A DNA stretch of 64,000 bases from Eledone cirrhosa (GCA_964016885.1 OZ024742.1:74772001-74836000); one strand, 5' to 3'; positions 39,840 to 60,647 are shown, counted from the stretch's first letter. Made by a program: numbers and translations. The notes: generated from the letters alone by a model not told the origin.

Positions 39840-42492
39840 TTCCCCATCAACGACCCACCTCCAAACCATAAACTAATCAGGGTAACAACCCGACAGTACG
39901 AAACTTTAAAAAGGGAACTTCCCACATGATGTGACCCCCCACCCACCCCTGCCAAAAAACCCTTAACCCTGTCCTGCTGAAAGGATCCCCTCCCTCCCCA
40001 AACACCCCCAATCTGGACATGTAGATCGAACACCTTTTCTATCCCTAACTCTTCTTCACCAGCATGGTGACTATACAAGTTGGATGTTTGAATATACGTG
40101 GCCTAGGCATGCCCTCGAAACAGGGCCAGTTTTTAAATGATCTCAGGTCACACTGTATAGATGTGATAGCCATCACTGAGTCCAGGATTCACGACAAGCA
40201 ACAGCTAACCCCCATGTTCGATGCATTTGAGATATACGCATCTCTCTGTCAGCCAGGAGGTGGGGGGGGGAGTTGTTGTTCTGTTTCGAAAAAACTTGGA
40301 TCTCAAAGTACAGACGATTCACTTGGACCCAGAGGGTAGCCTGGTGGTCCTGGACGTGAATGGTAGTGAAGGTGGAGCTTTCATACTGGTGGCCGTATAT
40401 GCTCCGACTGGGACACCGCGACCAGTTCTTTAAGCACCTGGAGCCATTCCTGGGAACGTCTCGCTCCTTAGTGTTAGCGGGGGACTGGAATGGCATCTTA
40501 GACGCACGTTGGGACTATGTAGGAGCTTGTGATAATAGAGTGGGGTGTAATAGCCTAAAAAATCCCATCAACCAATTCCAACTAGACTTCCCAAGTGTAC
40601 CACTGTGGACGTGGAGCAACCGCACTGGGTCTTCTAGATCGTATTTAGATAGATTTATAATTAGACAGAATGATAAGGAAACATTAAGCTGTCCACAAAT
40701 GCACATGGTTGTCTATTCAGACCACAAATTTGTCGCCTACATAGTCAACCTTTGTAGAACACACAGACAGGGACCCGGATACTGGAATCTAAACATGTCA
40801 CTCCCGGCACGTAAGACCTACAGTAAACGGGTTAGCGAAAGGAAATGGTAGCTAAAGTAGAAGAGGCACTTAGAAATGGCAGTACAGCTGACGCGCTAAC
40901 GGCGAGAACGGCACCAGACCATTCTTCAACATAAAACACGAAGGTTGTATTGTCAGAAGTAGAACACGTACTCTAAGAAACGAGTGAGACAAATCTGTTA
41001 GCTGGGCAAGAGTGGCTGAGGCTAAAAGTGGCAACAAATCCACAATTCGGTCTTTGCAAGACAAAGATGGACGCATTCTACTTGAATCCAAGCAAATGTG
41101 CACGGCCTTCCAGCAGCACTTTGCACAACTCTTCGGGCAAAGCGGTACGTCGAGCGAGGTGATGGACTTCAGTTCCTACCTCGCCGGCCTACGACGACTC
41201 TAGAGCACGGATCCAGAGAGCGAAAGGCCGATCACAACGGTCGAAATAGAAGATGCTCTAGGCCGCCGTAGGAAACGCAAATCACCCGATTTAGATGGTC
41301 TACCCTATGAGTTTTACATAAGCATGCCAGACTTGTTCTCTGGCTTCCTCGAAGCGGTCTACTACAACTGGCTGCAGAAACGGAGGATTCCCAGTTCTGT
41401 AGGCAGAGGCGTAGTAACACTGATCAGGAAAGATGAGAACAAGAGGGATGAGATAAGCAATTTCAGGCCCATAACTCTGCCCAACACAGAGTTAAATATT
41501 TTGGCCAAGGTGTTAGCAACGAGGCTGGCGCTTGTTGTCGAGAACCTGGTAGGGGAAGCGCAAACGTGTGCAATCCCGACCAGGTCCATACACGACAACC
41601 TCAACCTCATGCGATACACCATAGAAAGGCTAGGGTGTAAACTTGGCTTAGGTGAGACTCTGATCAATTTAGATCAGTCTAAGGCATTTGATAGGCGACC
41701 ATCAATACTTAGAAGCGGTTCTCAAGGTGGCAGGCTTCGGTCCCGTCTTCAGAGGCTGAATCACTGCCACGCACACCAGCATCTGCTCGGCAGTCAAGGT
41801 GAATGGCTACCCACCTGAGCTATTCCAAATCATGCGTTCCATCCGTCAGGGATTCCCCCTCTCCTCTATTCTGTATGTACTGTCTCTCGAGCCATTTCTG
41901 CGGAAGTTGGAGCTGTTGCAGGGCATCCCGATCGAACCATGACTGCGGAAAGCATCGTCGGCCTATGCCGACGACGTAACCGTAATGGTGACGAAAACCT
42001 CGGAAGTCGGGGTAATCGGCAACATATTACAGGAATACGAAACGTTGACAGGAGCAAGGGTAAACCCAAACAAGTCTGTCTGTTTTCAACTCGGCACATG
42101 GAGAGGCAAACCAATGCCTTCCGAGAGTGTCGTTGGACGCTAGACGGAAGGACCGGTGAAATTGCTCGGGGTCTGGTTTGGTCCAGACCTCCAGGTGGAC
42201 AAGAACTGGAACGAGGTCACGGCGAAGGTGTTTGCACTCACCCAGAAGTGGGCTGAGAGCAAACTCTCCTTGAAAGGTCGAGCAGAGGTGGCGAACACTT
42301 ACATAGCATCCGTTATCTACTACCGCTTGACAGTCGTGCCTTGTCCCCGCGAACACCTCACCAAAATGGAACGCCTACTCTTCAAGTTTCCCTGGAAGAA
42401 ACAGGCTCCATTGGTGATGAGATCCATCTGCTGTCAACACCCCTCTAACGCACGGCTGGGCATGTCATGGCTGATGATACGCAAACACACGC
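39840..42492 (+). mobile_element. Tx1/L1-like LINE ORF2 pseudogene (APE + RT)
   Basis: GCLNIRGL, IAITE, VAVYAP, LAGDWN, SDH (APE); SPDLDGLPYEFY, NFRPITL, DQSKAFD, YADD (~41964); frameshifted and 3'-truncated. Confidence 0.9.
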
Positions 42493-42988
42493 ATGACTTT
42501 GTGTGTATATTATTTTTATATATATGTATATATATATATATTTTATGCATGCTTGGGTGTGTATATGAATATGCGCATATTTGTAAGAGTGTATATGCGC
42601 CAGTGTGTGTGTGTGTGTGTATACAAGCACCCGTGTAGGGAAAGGGCTTGTTTGTGTGTATATGTGTGTTTGCGCGCGAGTGCATATCTGTGTGTGTATA
42701 TATGTCTATGTGTACGTGTATATGTGTGTGTGTGTGGGTGGAGGAGGGGTCTATGTATCTGTCTGTATGTGTTTGTGTGTACGGGTATATATACGCGCGT
42801 GCATGTGTATGCACATGTCTGTGTGTACATATGTTGATGTATATAGGCATGTGGGTATGTGTCTATCTGTTTACGTGCCTCTCTGGATGCATGTATGCGT
42901 GTTTATATGTTCTTATGTTCTCCATAAATGTGTGTGTATAGCGAGCGACTATGCGTATGACTGTCATTATCTATGTGCTTGTGTGCGT

Positions 42989-43090
<102 letters not shown>

Positions 43091-43458
43091 CGCGTGGATG
43101 TGTGAACAACCAAACACAGCAGTAATTTATTGAAGTGTAGCAGACATGTGACAACTAACGCCCCTGATGGCCAGCGGACTGGTACCTGTGGTCAGAATTA
43201 TGGTGATGTCGATAACCAGCAGCCAATCACAAGACGCGCGAAGAGGATGAAGTTTTTGACGGTACTGGAAAAGAGGGTCAGATACCCCAGTGAGAGAATA
43301 TGCTCCGAAATGTTTAGACCGTCCGTCGAACCTGCGGTTCCAGAATCAGACAGATCCACACAATGATCGTGTCTCGAGCTGTCCGCCGGCGAAACAATTG
43401 TAACACACACTAAATTGAGTTCAGATGCATCACTGATTTTTCGTTTTTTATTCCCCCC

Positions 43459-43639
<181 letters not shown>

Positions 43640-43899
43640 GGCCATATATCGTTGAAAAACACATAGTATTTTGTACGCATATATATATATAGAACAAAGA
43701 ATATTCTGGAAAATATTCATGGTACAAAGTATTTCTGTCTATACAGTTTAATCCTCGATCTAAGTAATTTATTATACTACATCACAAAAAATTTACTTTG
43801 TTTTGTGTTTGGTTAATAAGTGCTATTCCTGCTTTCTTCTATCTAATAAGCACAGGAAAAGACGATTATTTTCCTCTAATTTTGCTTTGTGACATGGAC

Positions 43900-44517
43900 A
43901 GCCACTAGTTAATCGCCTGAAGGTATTGTTCCCACCACGTTAAATTGGGCCTTATGAAACAGTTTGTCTTAGCTTTTGATAAAGAGTCGGCAGCCTTCAA
44001 ACCCTTTCGAGACTTCTTCCCTAAGCTGTCTGAGGCAAAAGTGAAAGCCGGTCTTTTTGTCCGACCACAAATACGGAAGATCATGGAGTGCAAGGAAATC
44101 CCTCCAAGAAGCTCACTAAGACAGAGGAGGCAGCGTGGAACAGCTTTGTTGCAGTAGTTTGGGTCTTTCTGTGGAATCACAAGGCCGAAAATTATGTGGA
44201 GCTTGTTGAGACCCTGGTGAAAAACTTCGGCAATATGGATTGCAGGATGTCCCTCAAAGTACATATCCTTGACGCTCATCTTGATAAATTCAAGGGGAAC
44301 ATTTTGAATCATATGTCATTTTATTCCAACTTTGCTTGATCGAGAATGTTCACATTTGGCAGTTTTCCCAATGGGATTAGGTAAATGTAGAAATATCATT
44401 ATCATGACCATGAAAGCAAAGTTTAAAAAAAATATTAGCTAATTTTCATACTTTCTAGGCATAAGCAAATAGAAAATAATATTTGGTACCCAGGGACAAT
44501 AACCCTGTTACACAGTG
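43900..44517 (+). mobile_element. Chapaev3-like (CMC) DNA transposon fragment with right terminus
   Basis: HVKLGLMKQFV..FPKLSEAKVKAGLFVRPQIRK..MSLKVHILDAHLDKF; ends tgttacacagtg (reverse complement CACTG terminus). Confidence 0.75.
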
Positions 44518-44559
44518 TTATATATCCTTTAGTAAACTTTAGTAACATTTAGTAAATTT

Positions 44560-45168
44560 TCTAAGTTGAACAAATCTTACAAAACTAATAACTGTACCTT
44601 GAGGAATTATACCAATATATGAACTGTCATGATAACTTAAAAAATAAGTTTAAGAACAGCATATTTACACGTAACAAAACACCTCTTAGTAATGAATCTA
44701 GCATAACCTCATGTAATAATACTAACACTAAGCCTAGGTGTAATTGTATAATATCTAGTAATTGTCCCCTAAATGGCTATTGCGTAAAGAAAAAACAATG
44801 TGTATAAATGCACTGTCTACCCCTAGTTCAACCAATTTCTATATATGGGCCACAGCTAGCTCTTTTAAGACTCGCTATAATTCCCATTTACACTCTTTTA
44901 AAAATAAATTTTGAGCAACTCTACATTCTTGTCTCAATTCATTTCTATCTTTAAAAAAATCTAAAACTAGTTATGATCTACAATGGTTGATCGTAGACTC
45001 TGCTAAGCCATATGATAGAGGCGCCATTCTTGGGGCCGCTGTCTTTCGGAGGTTTATGAAGTTACTATATCCACATGTCAAAACTTAAATCATAGGAATG
45101 AATTTCTGACTGCGTGTCCCTACCGTTCAACATATTCCTTCTTCAATAGGAACTATGATGCCACTTAA
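44560..45168 (+). pseudogene. Degraded PLE GIY-YIG fragment
   Basis: RCNCIISSNCPLNGYC..VYKCTV..FKTRYNSH. Confidence 0.7.
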
Positions 45169-45239
45169 TCTAGCTCTGAATTCCAACCTATGTCATTTTC
45201 TTTAGATCTGTTTAGTATATTACCTTAGTTCAACCAAGT

Positions 45240-46020
45240 AGTCAAAGATGCCATCCGAGAAAAGAAGGGGTCTTACAATGCTAAGCTTGGAAATAAGTCC
45301 TCCTTTTTACACATGCGGTATATGCAGGCACGAATTATCGCAGCAAAGACAGTAAAGGCATCCAAAGTTAAGACATGGGAGGACTTTGAAGTTATGCTGG
45401 AATTCGACTTCAGATCAGAAAGTAACGTGTTCTGGCAGACCATCCGCTGAATTCGTTATAAGCAGTCAACCTCCACGCCTGCTATCAGTAACACGTCTGT
45501 GGTTCCCCCTTCTTCTGTTGGAGAGAGTACTTTGCTGATACCTTAAACCCGGCCACAAGAACATCTGATGTACACGAGATACATCTAGGAGGCTGAGGTC
45601 ACAAGAGGAATTAGCGTGCTCAATCGTGGCAAGCAAGGCCGCTAGGGAGGTTGAAATTCAGCCCGGGATGTTAAACGCTTGGAATAAAAAAGGCAGGCTC
45701 TGTCTGACTTATGTGTACCCAGTGGCCTGGATCTCTGGAAAGGCACCTAAGCAATAACGTTTGGAAATGATAATCCCAATTTTTAAAAAGGGAGAAATGA
45801 CGGTTTATACCAATTGTAGAGGGATCTCCTTGTAAGCGTTCCCGTTAAAATCCATGCTGAGTTTCTGGTATCGTGATGTAGGGATATTGTCGAGACCACG
45901 CTAGCTGACGAACAGTATAGCTTTTGTACCTGATGCAGCCCATCCGACCAAATATTCACACTTTAATAGTACTTCGAGAAATCGTGTGAATATTGCCAAG
46001 ATGTCTATTCTTGTTTCGTA
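45240..46020 (+). mobile_element. Highly degraded RTE-like LINE fragment
   Basis: IIPIFKKG..NCRGIS and FEKSCEYCQDVYSCFV remnants. Related sequence at ~60900-61185. Confidence 0.6.
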
Positions 46021-46660
46021 GTACCCTTTTAGGCCTATTCCTTTGAAGAAGGATCTAATTTTCTTAAGTGTTCTTTCTTGTTTTTGCATGTTGGTGTCTT
46101 TAATTAGAAGAAGAGCATCGTCTCTATAAATTCCTCCTAGTGATTACCATATTCCCTATGGAGATTTTGGCTATGTATAAACCGACTATATCCGTTACTT
46201 GCGCCGAGTCACTGGAGCCCATGGTTATATCGAAGCCATCTATCCTATGCTTACGTTCCCAGTGCTCATCCTCAAAATCAATAACTGATCGTCCAGCTGT
46301 TAATAATACTATGTTAATATCATCCATAGTTAAGTCCGAGTTTTCTAGCGAATGCGAGAGCTTTATTAAGGAGAATAGGGGTTATGGACGAGTAATAGTT
46401 ATTAATATCAAATTGTACGAACTTATATGTCTCTTTGTTTTCTGTTTTACTGAACCATTCAATAACTTATTCCGCGAAATCCCATAGCTTAATTACTATC
46501 CTTTTTTTCATTTCACCTATGGTTCTATCTAGAATATTTTTGCTCAGTTGGCGTACGTCGGATTTGGATGGGCAGATTAGTCTGATGGATGGGTTACAGT
46601 CAAAGTTACTTTTGTGGTACTTGAGCTTAAATGTGAGGTTTGTTGTTCAATTGTGAGATA
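46020..46660 (-). pseudogene. PLE RT fragment
   Basis: FDITMGSSDSAQVTDIVGLY..GIYRDDAL; homologous to the 14.1-15.0 kb RT. Confidence 0.8.
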
Positions 46661-46810
46661 GTGAAACAAATGTCAATTGCATAATAGATGTTAATCCTAA
46701 CACTCCTGGAATTATCTTCATTGTACCCACGGGTAACCACCACGGAAACCACCACGGAAACACTTGATAAACCAATCGAGTCAATTTCCGCTAACGAAAT
46801 CTGATCACTA

Positions 46811-46944
<134 letters not shown>

Positions 46945-47011
46945 ATACGCGCGCGCGCACACACACACACACACACATATTTATATATATGTATGTATGT
47001 ATGTATGTATA

Positions 47012-47310
47012 TTGGGAGTGTTATTTCCAATAAGGAATTGGACAACAGGCCCGCCAAAATTAGAAGTGCTTTTGGGAGACTTCACGAGATGGTCTGGTGT
47101 AATCATGATCTCAAAACAAAGACAAAGCTCAGGGTAGTGTTATACTTATACGGCTCTGGGTCATGGTTCTTGTATCGCTGTCATATCTGCATCCTAGAGA
47201 GATTCTATCAACTCTGCCTGCGCGCCATACTACACATCAACTGGAGTGACTACATCACCATCAGAGGGGTTCTCGAGGAAGCTAAGATCATCAGTATTAA
47301 GGCTTATTCT
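47012..47310 (+). mobile_element. RTE-like LINE fragment
   Basis: [41 protein letters not shown]. Confidence 0.7.
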
Positions 47311-47329
47311 TCTTCTTTCTCTTCTTCTT

Positions 47330-48070
47330 CGCCCACTTATCCATGAGAGAGAGTCGTGGGGGAAAAGTTTTCTAAGATTCCCTCAATCGACTCCTGTTAG
47401 AAGCAATCATCTCCAACTGATCCGGCTTGATCCCCAAGCGAGACCAACCAAGCTCATAGATGTTATCTAATAATCTTGCTCTGGGTCCCATGCCGGTTAG
47501 TTTTACCCGTAAAATAGGTCCAGCGATTCTTTACAGAAACATTCTAACCACATGTCCATAGCATCGGAGTTGTGATCTCTCAATTCGGAGAAGTAGCGGC
47601 TCTACCTGGAGTGCCTCTCTGATCTCCGAGCTACGCACTTTATCGGGTAACGTTATTCTAAAGAGCCTTCGCAGGAGCCCCATCTCGGCTGCTTGTATTC
47701 GCGATCGTATTCTTTCGATCATTACTTAAAATTCATGAGCATAGATAGGTTAGGGTTGACACGAACACAGATTTGAAGATAATGAGTTTGGCGTTTACGC
47801 CTAACTCCTTTCTTCTGATTACCGAATGTGGAAGCTGGCGCATTACTGCACCAGCTCCTTCAATTCTTGCACTTAATTCACCCTCCTGCCTTCCATCACT
47901 CATGAAGACGGCCCCGAGATACTTGAACTTCTCCACCTGCTTCAGTGGAATTCCATTTATATGTATTGTGCACAGGCTTCCATGAGAAGACGAGCGTCTC
48001 AGTTTCGCAGCACTGATTTTCATTCCAGTCATGCAGTTCGAATTCTGTAAGAGATTAATTTGCAGCTTCT
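47330..48070 (-). mobile_element. RTE-like LINE 3' fragment
   Basis: LKQVEKFKYLG..IQAAEMGLLRR..DKVRSSEIREAL..LRCYGHVVRM. Confidence 0.8.
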
Positions 48071-48493
48071 CTCCGGCTTCAGAAAAATAAGTATCAATCA
48101 AATATCGAATACTGATATGCGAAAGGAACTGAGTTCGATGCAATCAACTGCACTCCCACTCCACACTAAAAATCTGTGATCTTGTACATCACAGCTAGCA
48201 TTGTATTCCACGTGGAAGGAGAAGTGTGGTGTACTGCTTCTTTTAATATGTGTTATATAAATATATAAATTTGTTGATTGAAACTTCATACTCTACTTAA
48301 ATCCGTATAACTCTGTTGAAGTGGATGTTGTATCTATGTTTATATAAATGTTGTATCTATGTTTATATAAATCCTGCCAAAGTCAACTGGATATTTGATA
48401 TAAAATATCAATGACTTTTAATTGTGATGCTAAATATCAAAACTACATTCAGTAGAATATCTCTCAGACATTTGTATGTATGTATGTATGTAC

Positions 48494-48793
48494 GTTATCT
48501 CTTTCTCTTAATTTTTAGTATATTTTTGACCGGCCATCTTCCTGGTGGCAAGGTTGTAAAAGAAAAGAAATTGTCATCCCTTGAATCGCAAGAATGTTTT
48601 GCAAATTTTGAAGGTGCCAGCTATCGCAACCATTTGTAGACTATGAATTAGGGAGCTGCACTCTTTGTCCGCAAATCCAAGTTAAGTTATACATTGGTCC
48701 AAGCGGGTTGGTATATAACCCGTAGCTCCAATAATGATGGGTAAGAAGCTAAAGGTGTATCTTGGATACTGGATTTGTAAACTCCACATCAAT
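48494..48793 (-). mobile_element. Short 3' fragment of the (CATA)n-associated R4-like element
   Basis: Diverged copy of 49678-49980, flanked by (TATG)n on both sides. Confidence 0.8.
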
Positions 48794-49149
48794 GTATGTA
48801 TGTATGTATGTATGTATGTATGTATGTATGTATGTATGGATATATGATGGTCAATGGCCATCCAAATAGTAGTTTGTTTTGCTTTTTTCGGGTAGAGTTT
48901 TCGATGCTCAGAGAGTGGGATTGGTCGAGTGCAAGGCCTTTCCTCACTTAATTAACTTACAAACCACAGGCATTGCTTGTTCAGGTTATGTTACACGTTC
49001 GTGTGGGTGGCTGGCCGTAGCCTAAAGGTGCACCATTTTCTGTAATCTGACAAGCAATTGCAATACTCTTAGCAGAGTTTGCAGCCATTATGTATGTATG
49101 TATGTATGTATGTATGTATGTATGTATGTATGTATGTATGTATGTATGT

Positions 49150-49533
49150 TTGTCAAGGCAGAATTCTAGAGAAGAAAAACTCTGATATAACACCTGCAAC
49201 TCTGATGGTATCCAATGATGTTGACTTGTTCTTCTTTTTGGTAAATATCATCTTGGATGAGAGTGGGACTGGCTTTGTGCAGTGCCTTTGCTCACTATAA
49301 AAGCTTCACGGCACAGGTATTGCTTTATATCTGGAGATCTCTCTGCACTTGTCGTCACATGGTACCATGGGCCCAGCACTATGTGTCAATAATTGTCACA
49401 AGTGTAGTGTTTGTACCAGAGTTTTCAAGTCGCTGGCTGGACTAAAAAGTCACACTCGTTCAGCCCATCGGTAATGGTTCTCCTACATGGATATAAAGTA
49501 GTGGCCGTACTCGAAAACGAGTTGGCAGCCACC
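49150..49533 (+). mobile_element. 5'-truncated copy of the RTE-derived non-autonomous element
   Basis: Same sequence and 3' end as 21016-21604. Confidence 0.8.
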
Positions 49534-49677
49534 ATGTATATATGTATGTATGTAAGTATGTATGTATGTATGTATGTATGTATGTATGTATATGTGGATG
49601 TCAGTATGTATGTGAGAATGTATGTATGTACGTATGCATGTATGTATGTAAGTGTATGTATGTATGTATGTATGTAT

Positions 49678-51131
49678 GTTTTCTCTTTCTCTTAATTTCG
49701 AGTATATTTTTTTGACCGGCCACCTTCCTGGTGGCAAGGTTGTAAAAGAAAAGAAATTGTCATCCCTTGAATCGCAAGAATGTTTTGCATATTTTGAAGG
49801 TGCCAGCTATCGCAGCCATTTGTAGACTATGAATTAGGGAGCTGCGCTTTTTGTCCGCAAATCCAAGTTCGGTCATACTTTGGTCTAAGCGGGTTGGTAT
49901 ATAACCCGTAGCACCAATAATGATGGGTATGAAGCTAAAGGTGTATCTTGGATACTGGATTTGTAAGCTCCTCATCAATGGTCCGTAGATGTCCTCCTTC
50001 TCCTGTATTTTTCTGACAACGTTTACATCAAGTGGGCAGCTGATCTCCACAACAGAACACGTTTTCAATGTGTGGTCCCAAACTACAATATCAGGCCGGT
50101 TGTGCTTTAATTTGGTGGCAGTTTTTATTTTCAGGTTCCACCAGTATTCCTTAGTGCCATCTGTCTCAATATATTCTTCCTCGTTTGTTGTTAATTTTGT
50201 TTTCCGAAGTGCGTTCCAGATAGTTCTAGCTATCCCATCGTGTCTCATGGGGAGGTAGTAGCGAGATGACATTCTTTCGCAGCTGGCAACAATGTGGCTT
50301 ACATCCTCGATCTTTGTTTTACATAGCCTACATTTATTGTCAGCTGCTGGCCCTCCTCTTTTGTGCAGCAGATATTTGGTAGGGAGTTCTTGTTCCTGTA
50401 TTGCATAGAGATATCCCTCAAGGTGTGATGTCATAAACTTGTCGGAACTCCATGCCAGGCTTTTTGAGTGGTTTATCCCCTCTATGGTCTGTGTTTTACG
50501 CCTCAAGTATCCATGCACAACTTTCTCTGTAAATTGGTCAATTTTTTTTCTTGTTTGAACATTGAATAGGATCTTCCGATTTCTCTGGGTGAGAGATTTA
50601 TATCAGGCTTTATTCCATATCTCTCCTCCAGATCAGTCGCTATTCTAATGATATTTCTTTTTTCATGCTCATAAACCTGAGCAAGATGGTCGCCAACCTT
50701 TTTCCTCTGTTGAAGGTGTTGCTTCAGTGTTACTATCCGGGTCTCATATGTTGTTAATATTGATTTTAGACCCCGGCCACCTTCCTTGCGTGAGAAGTAT
50801 AGCCTATCCACATCACCATTGATGTTAAAGTTCCCAGTAACACTGAGAAGTTTACGAGTTCTAACATCCATCTCACTTAGTTCTTGCAATGACCAGTTCA
50901 GTAGGCCAAATGTTGGCGTTAGAATTGGCACAGCATAGGTATTGTGGGCAATGTATTTGTTGTATGCTGACAGTTCTGATAACCATATTTTTTTTACTCT
51001 TCTGAGGTATTCAGTTCTGGTTCTCTCCTTATTTATGGGTCCATCATATCTGACATTCTCATCCTGTCCAAGATATCTGTAGTTGTCACCTGACTGCAGA
51101 GGTTGTATTGTCAGGCCGTTCATATCTAGAT
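49678..51131 (-). mobile_element. 5'-truncated R4-like RLE retrotransposon in (CATA)n
   Basis: YRYLG, RKEGGRGL, CRLCKTKIEDVSHIVASC..RHD..RPDIVVWD..VEISCP; one frameshift near 50510. Confidence 0.9.
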
Positions 51132-51323
51132 TTGTATGTATGTATGTATGTATGTATGTATGTATGTATGTATGTATGTATGTATGTATGTATGTATGTA
51201 TGTATGTATGTATGTATGTATGTATGTATGAATCCATGTGTATGTATGTGCGCGTGTGTATGTATATATGTATGCATGTATGTATGTGTATGTGTGTGCT
51301 TGTATCAGTATGTATGTATGTAT

Positions 51324-51651
51324 GTTTTCTCTTTCTCTTAATTTCGAGTATATTTTTTTGACCGGCCACCTTCCTGGTGGCAAGGTTGTAAAAGAAAAGA
51401 AATTGTCATCCCTTGAATCGCAAGAATGTTTTGCATATTTTGAAGGTGCCAGCTATCGCAGCCATTTGTAGACTATGAATTAGGGAGCTGCGCTTTTTGT
51501 CCGCAAATCCAAGTTCGGTCATACTTTGGTCCAAGCGGGTTGGTATATAACCCGTAGCACCAATAATGATGGGTATGAAGCTAAAGGTGTATCTTGGATA
51601 CTGGATTTGTAAGCTCCTCATCAATGGTCCGTAGATGTCCTCCTTCTCCTG
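51324..51651 (-). mobile_element. Short 3' fragment of the same R4-like element
   Basis: Near-identical to 49678-50005, flanked by (TATG)n. Confidence 0.85.
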
Positions 51652-51705
51652 TATGTATGTATGTATGTATGTATGTATGTATGTATGTATGTATGTATGT
51701 ATGTA

Positions 51706-58353
<6,648 letters not shown>

Positions 58354-58371
58354 ATGTATGTATGTATGTAT

Positions 58372-58980
58372 GTCGGGTCACTCTTAAGTGCTACTGGTAA
58401 CATGTAACACAGTACAACCTGTCGTACGGTCGAGTCGTCGGCGACTAAACCGGCAACCCCACCAGGTTTACTTGGTGAAGAGGTTGATTTTGGACACACT
58501 GCTGGCCAAAAAACAAAACCTGACAAAGGGCCTGACAAAACATGACAAAGGGACTCATAAGAGTCAACGGCCATCCAAAAGTGTGTAAATATGTATATAC
58601 ACATGTACATACGTGTATATATACATGGGTGCATGTGTATGTATATGCGCAGGGACATAGAAATAGTCGGGCTGGACACCCGATCGCGCGGTTAAACCAC
58701 TGGGAATGAAGGACCCCTAGCCTTTGTCAGGGCATTCTTCTAGGAGAAGGCAACTCAGGAAACTGGGATAACTCCGATATAAAACCTGCAGCTCAGTAGT
58801 TACCGATGATGTTGATCTTTTATTCTTTTCGGGTTATAGCTACTGTCGCTCAGAGAGTGGCATTGGCTCACTTAAAAAATAGCTTCACGCACAGGCATTG
58901 CACGATAGAATTAATTAATAATTATTAATAATGGTATATCGTGCGTTGGCCATACTCGATAACGAGGGGGCAGCCATCAT
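58372..58980 (+). mobile_element. Diverged relative of the RTE-derived non-autonomous element
   Basis: Collinear similarity (gtgctactggtaacatgta, ctaggagaagg, ggccatactcgataacgag..gcagcca) with insertions. Confidence 0.7.
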
Positions 58981-59059
58981 GCGTGCATGTATGTATGTAT
59001 GTATGTATGTATGTATGTATGTATGGACCGATTAAACCTAGCGGAGCCGTACGGGTGGT

Positions 59060-59134
<75 letters not shown>

Positions 59135-59180
59135 CACTCAAACACACACACAGACACACACACACACACACACACACACA

Positions 59181-60647
59181 TTTTGATTTCATTGTGTTTT
59201 TGCAGAAAACATGTGTATGGCGATGCGTTGAAGTTTGCCAAGGTTCTGATGAAACTAGGAATTAAAAAAAGAGAGAAAATTACATATTGTGTTCCCAACT
59301 GTGTGGAATGAATGAGCTGCGACATTGGAATCATGATGACGGGGGCATATTCTATGAGATTAATGTTTGGATTGGCAAATATGAAATCTGTTTTAGAAGG
59401 ATGTAGTGTAGTTGTATTTGGTTCGAAATTTATTTGTGATAGTTTTCTGTCTATTGCAGAGATAAACGATAACGGAAAGATATCTAGTAGCGCCTGCCCT
59501 AATTTAAGAATAGCTATTGATGTCTCCAGCACATACAGACCACCCAATGCTTTATCTGCTGCTAAGTTAATGGCAGAAATATGTGATGATGATACAATTG
59601 AATTTCCTTACATTGATCCAGAGGACAATGCAACAACCATTCTGACTTCCGGTACTACTGGTGTATTTGTCAGCCATTTTCATTATCTAAACATACCAGA
59701 TGTAGGTTTATATGATGGTAATATTTCTAGTTCTGTTATCGTATTTAGCAAACGCCCAATGGGATATATTGGAGGATATCCTATGTCATTGTTATCTGGA
59801 GGAGTATCGGGTGATGTAAAAATGTTGAATGATGCGAATAACTTAGATTTTCTCATAAATATATGGCAACAAGAAAAATGTACTATGGTTAGAGTTGCAC
59901 CACAGGACTTGAGTTGCCCACAACTTAGCAATCACGAATTCCGTGTAAATAAGTAATGTGAGGCGGGGATACTCTTACACGGAATGCAGTAGAGCATTCT
60001 TTTAAAATTGCAGACTAGTTCATAATGGGTTATGGTAGTACTGAGGCTTTGCCTATATCATATAGCATTTTTACTCCAGAAAATATTTCAGAACATCAAC
60101 AGAGAATGTTGGGTCGACCAATTAAAGGTGCAGAAATTAAAATTGCAGACGACAAGAAAAGAGTTGTATAAATTGGAAAACCGGGTCATTTGTATTTTCG
60201 AAGTAAGTGGACAACAAATCAATTTCTGGATGGTACATCATGCCTAGAAAATGGATGGTATCCAACATCAGATATTTGTTACTTAACAAAAGATGGCGAT
60301 CTTATCATGGTTGGAAGAAGTACAGACTTTATTAAAAAGTGTACAGTAAGGTTATCAATTACACTAATTGAAGATTATGTCGGACGTCACTCGAATATAG
60401 AAGCAGTGGTTGTCGTAGCAATTCCAGACAAGGATGTTGGTGAACGTGTGTGTGCATGTGTTACTGTATTACCTGATCAGGAGTTCAATGAAGATAAATT
60501 AAAGAAGTTCTGTGCAGAAACAATGCCACAACCAACCAACTTTGATTCTGCATCCTGATTATATAGTATATTTTCCTTGTTTTCCACTTTGGCTAGTGGC
60601 AAGTGTGACAGAAAAACTATAACAGCTTTGGCCATTAAAAAGGTAAA
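59181..60647 (+). pseudogene. Intronless acyl-CoA synthetase / AMP-binding (ANL) pseudogene
   Basis: TILTSGTTG (truncated P-loop), GYGSTE (~60028-60045), GWYPTSDI, VGRSTDFIK, VVAIPDKDVGERVCACV; stops and frameshifts between ORFs starting at 59312 and 60190. Confidence 0.85.
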
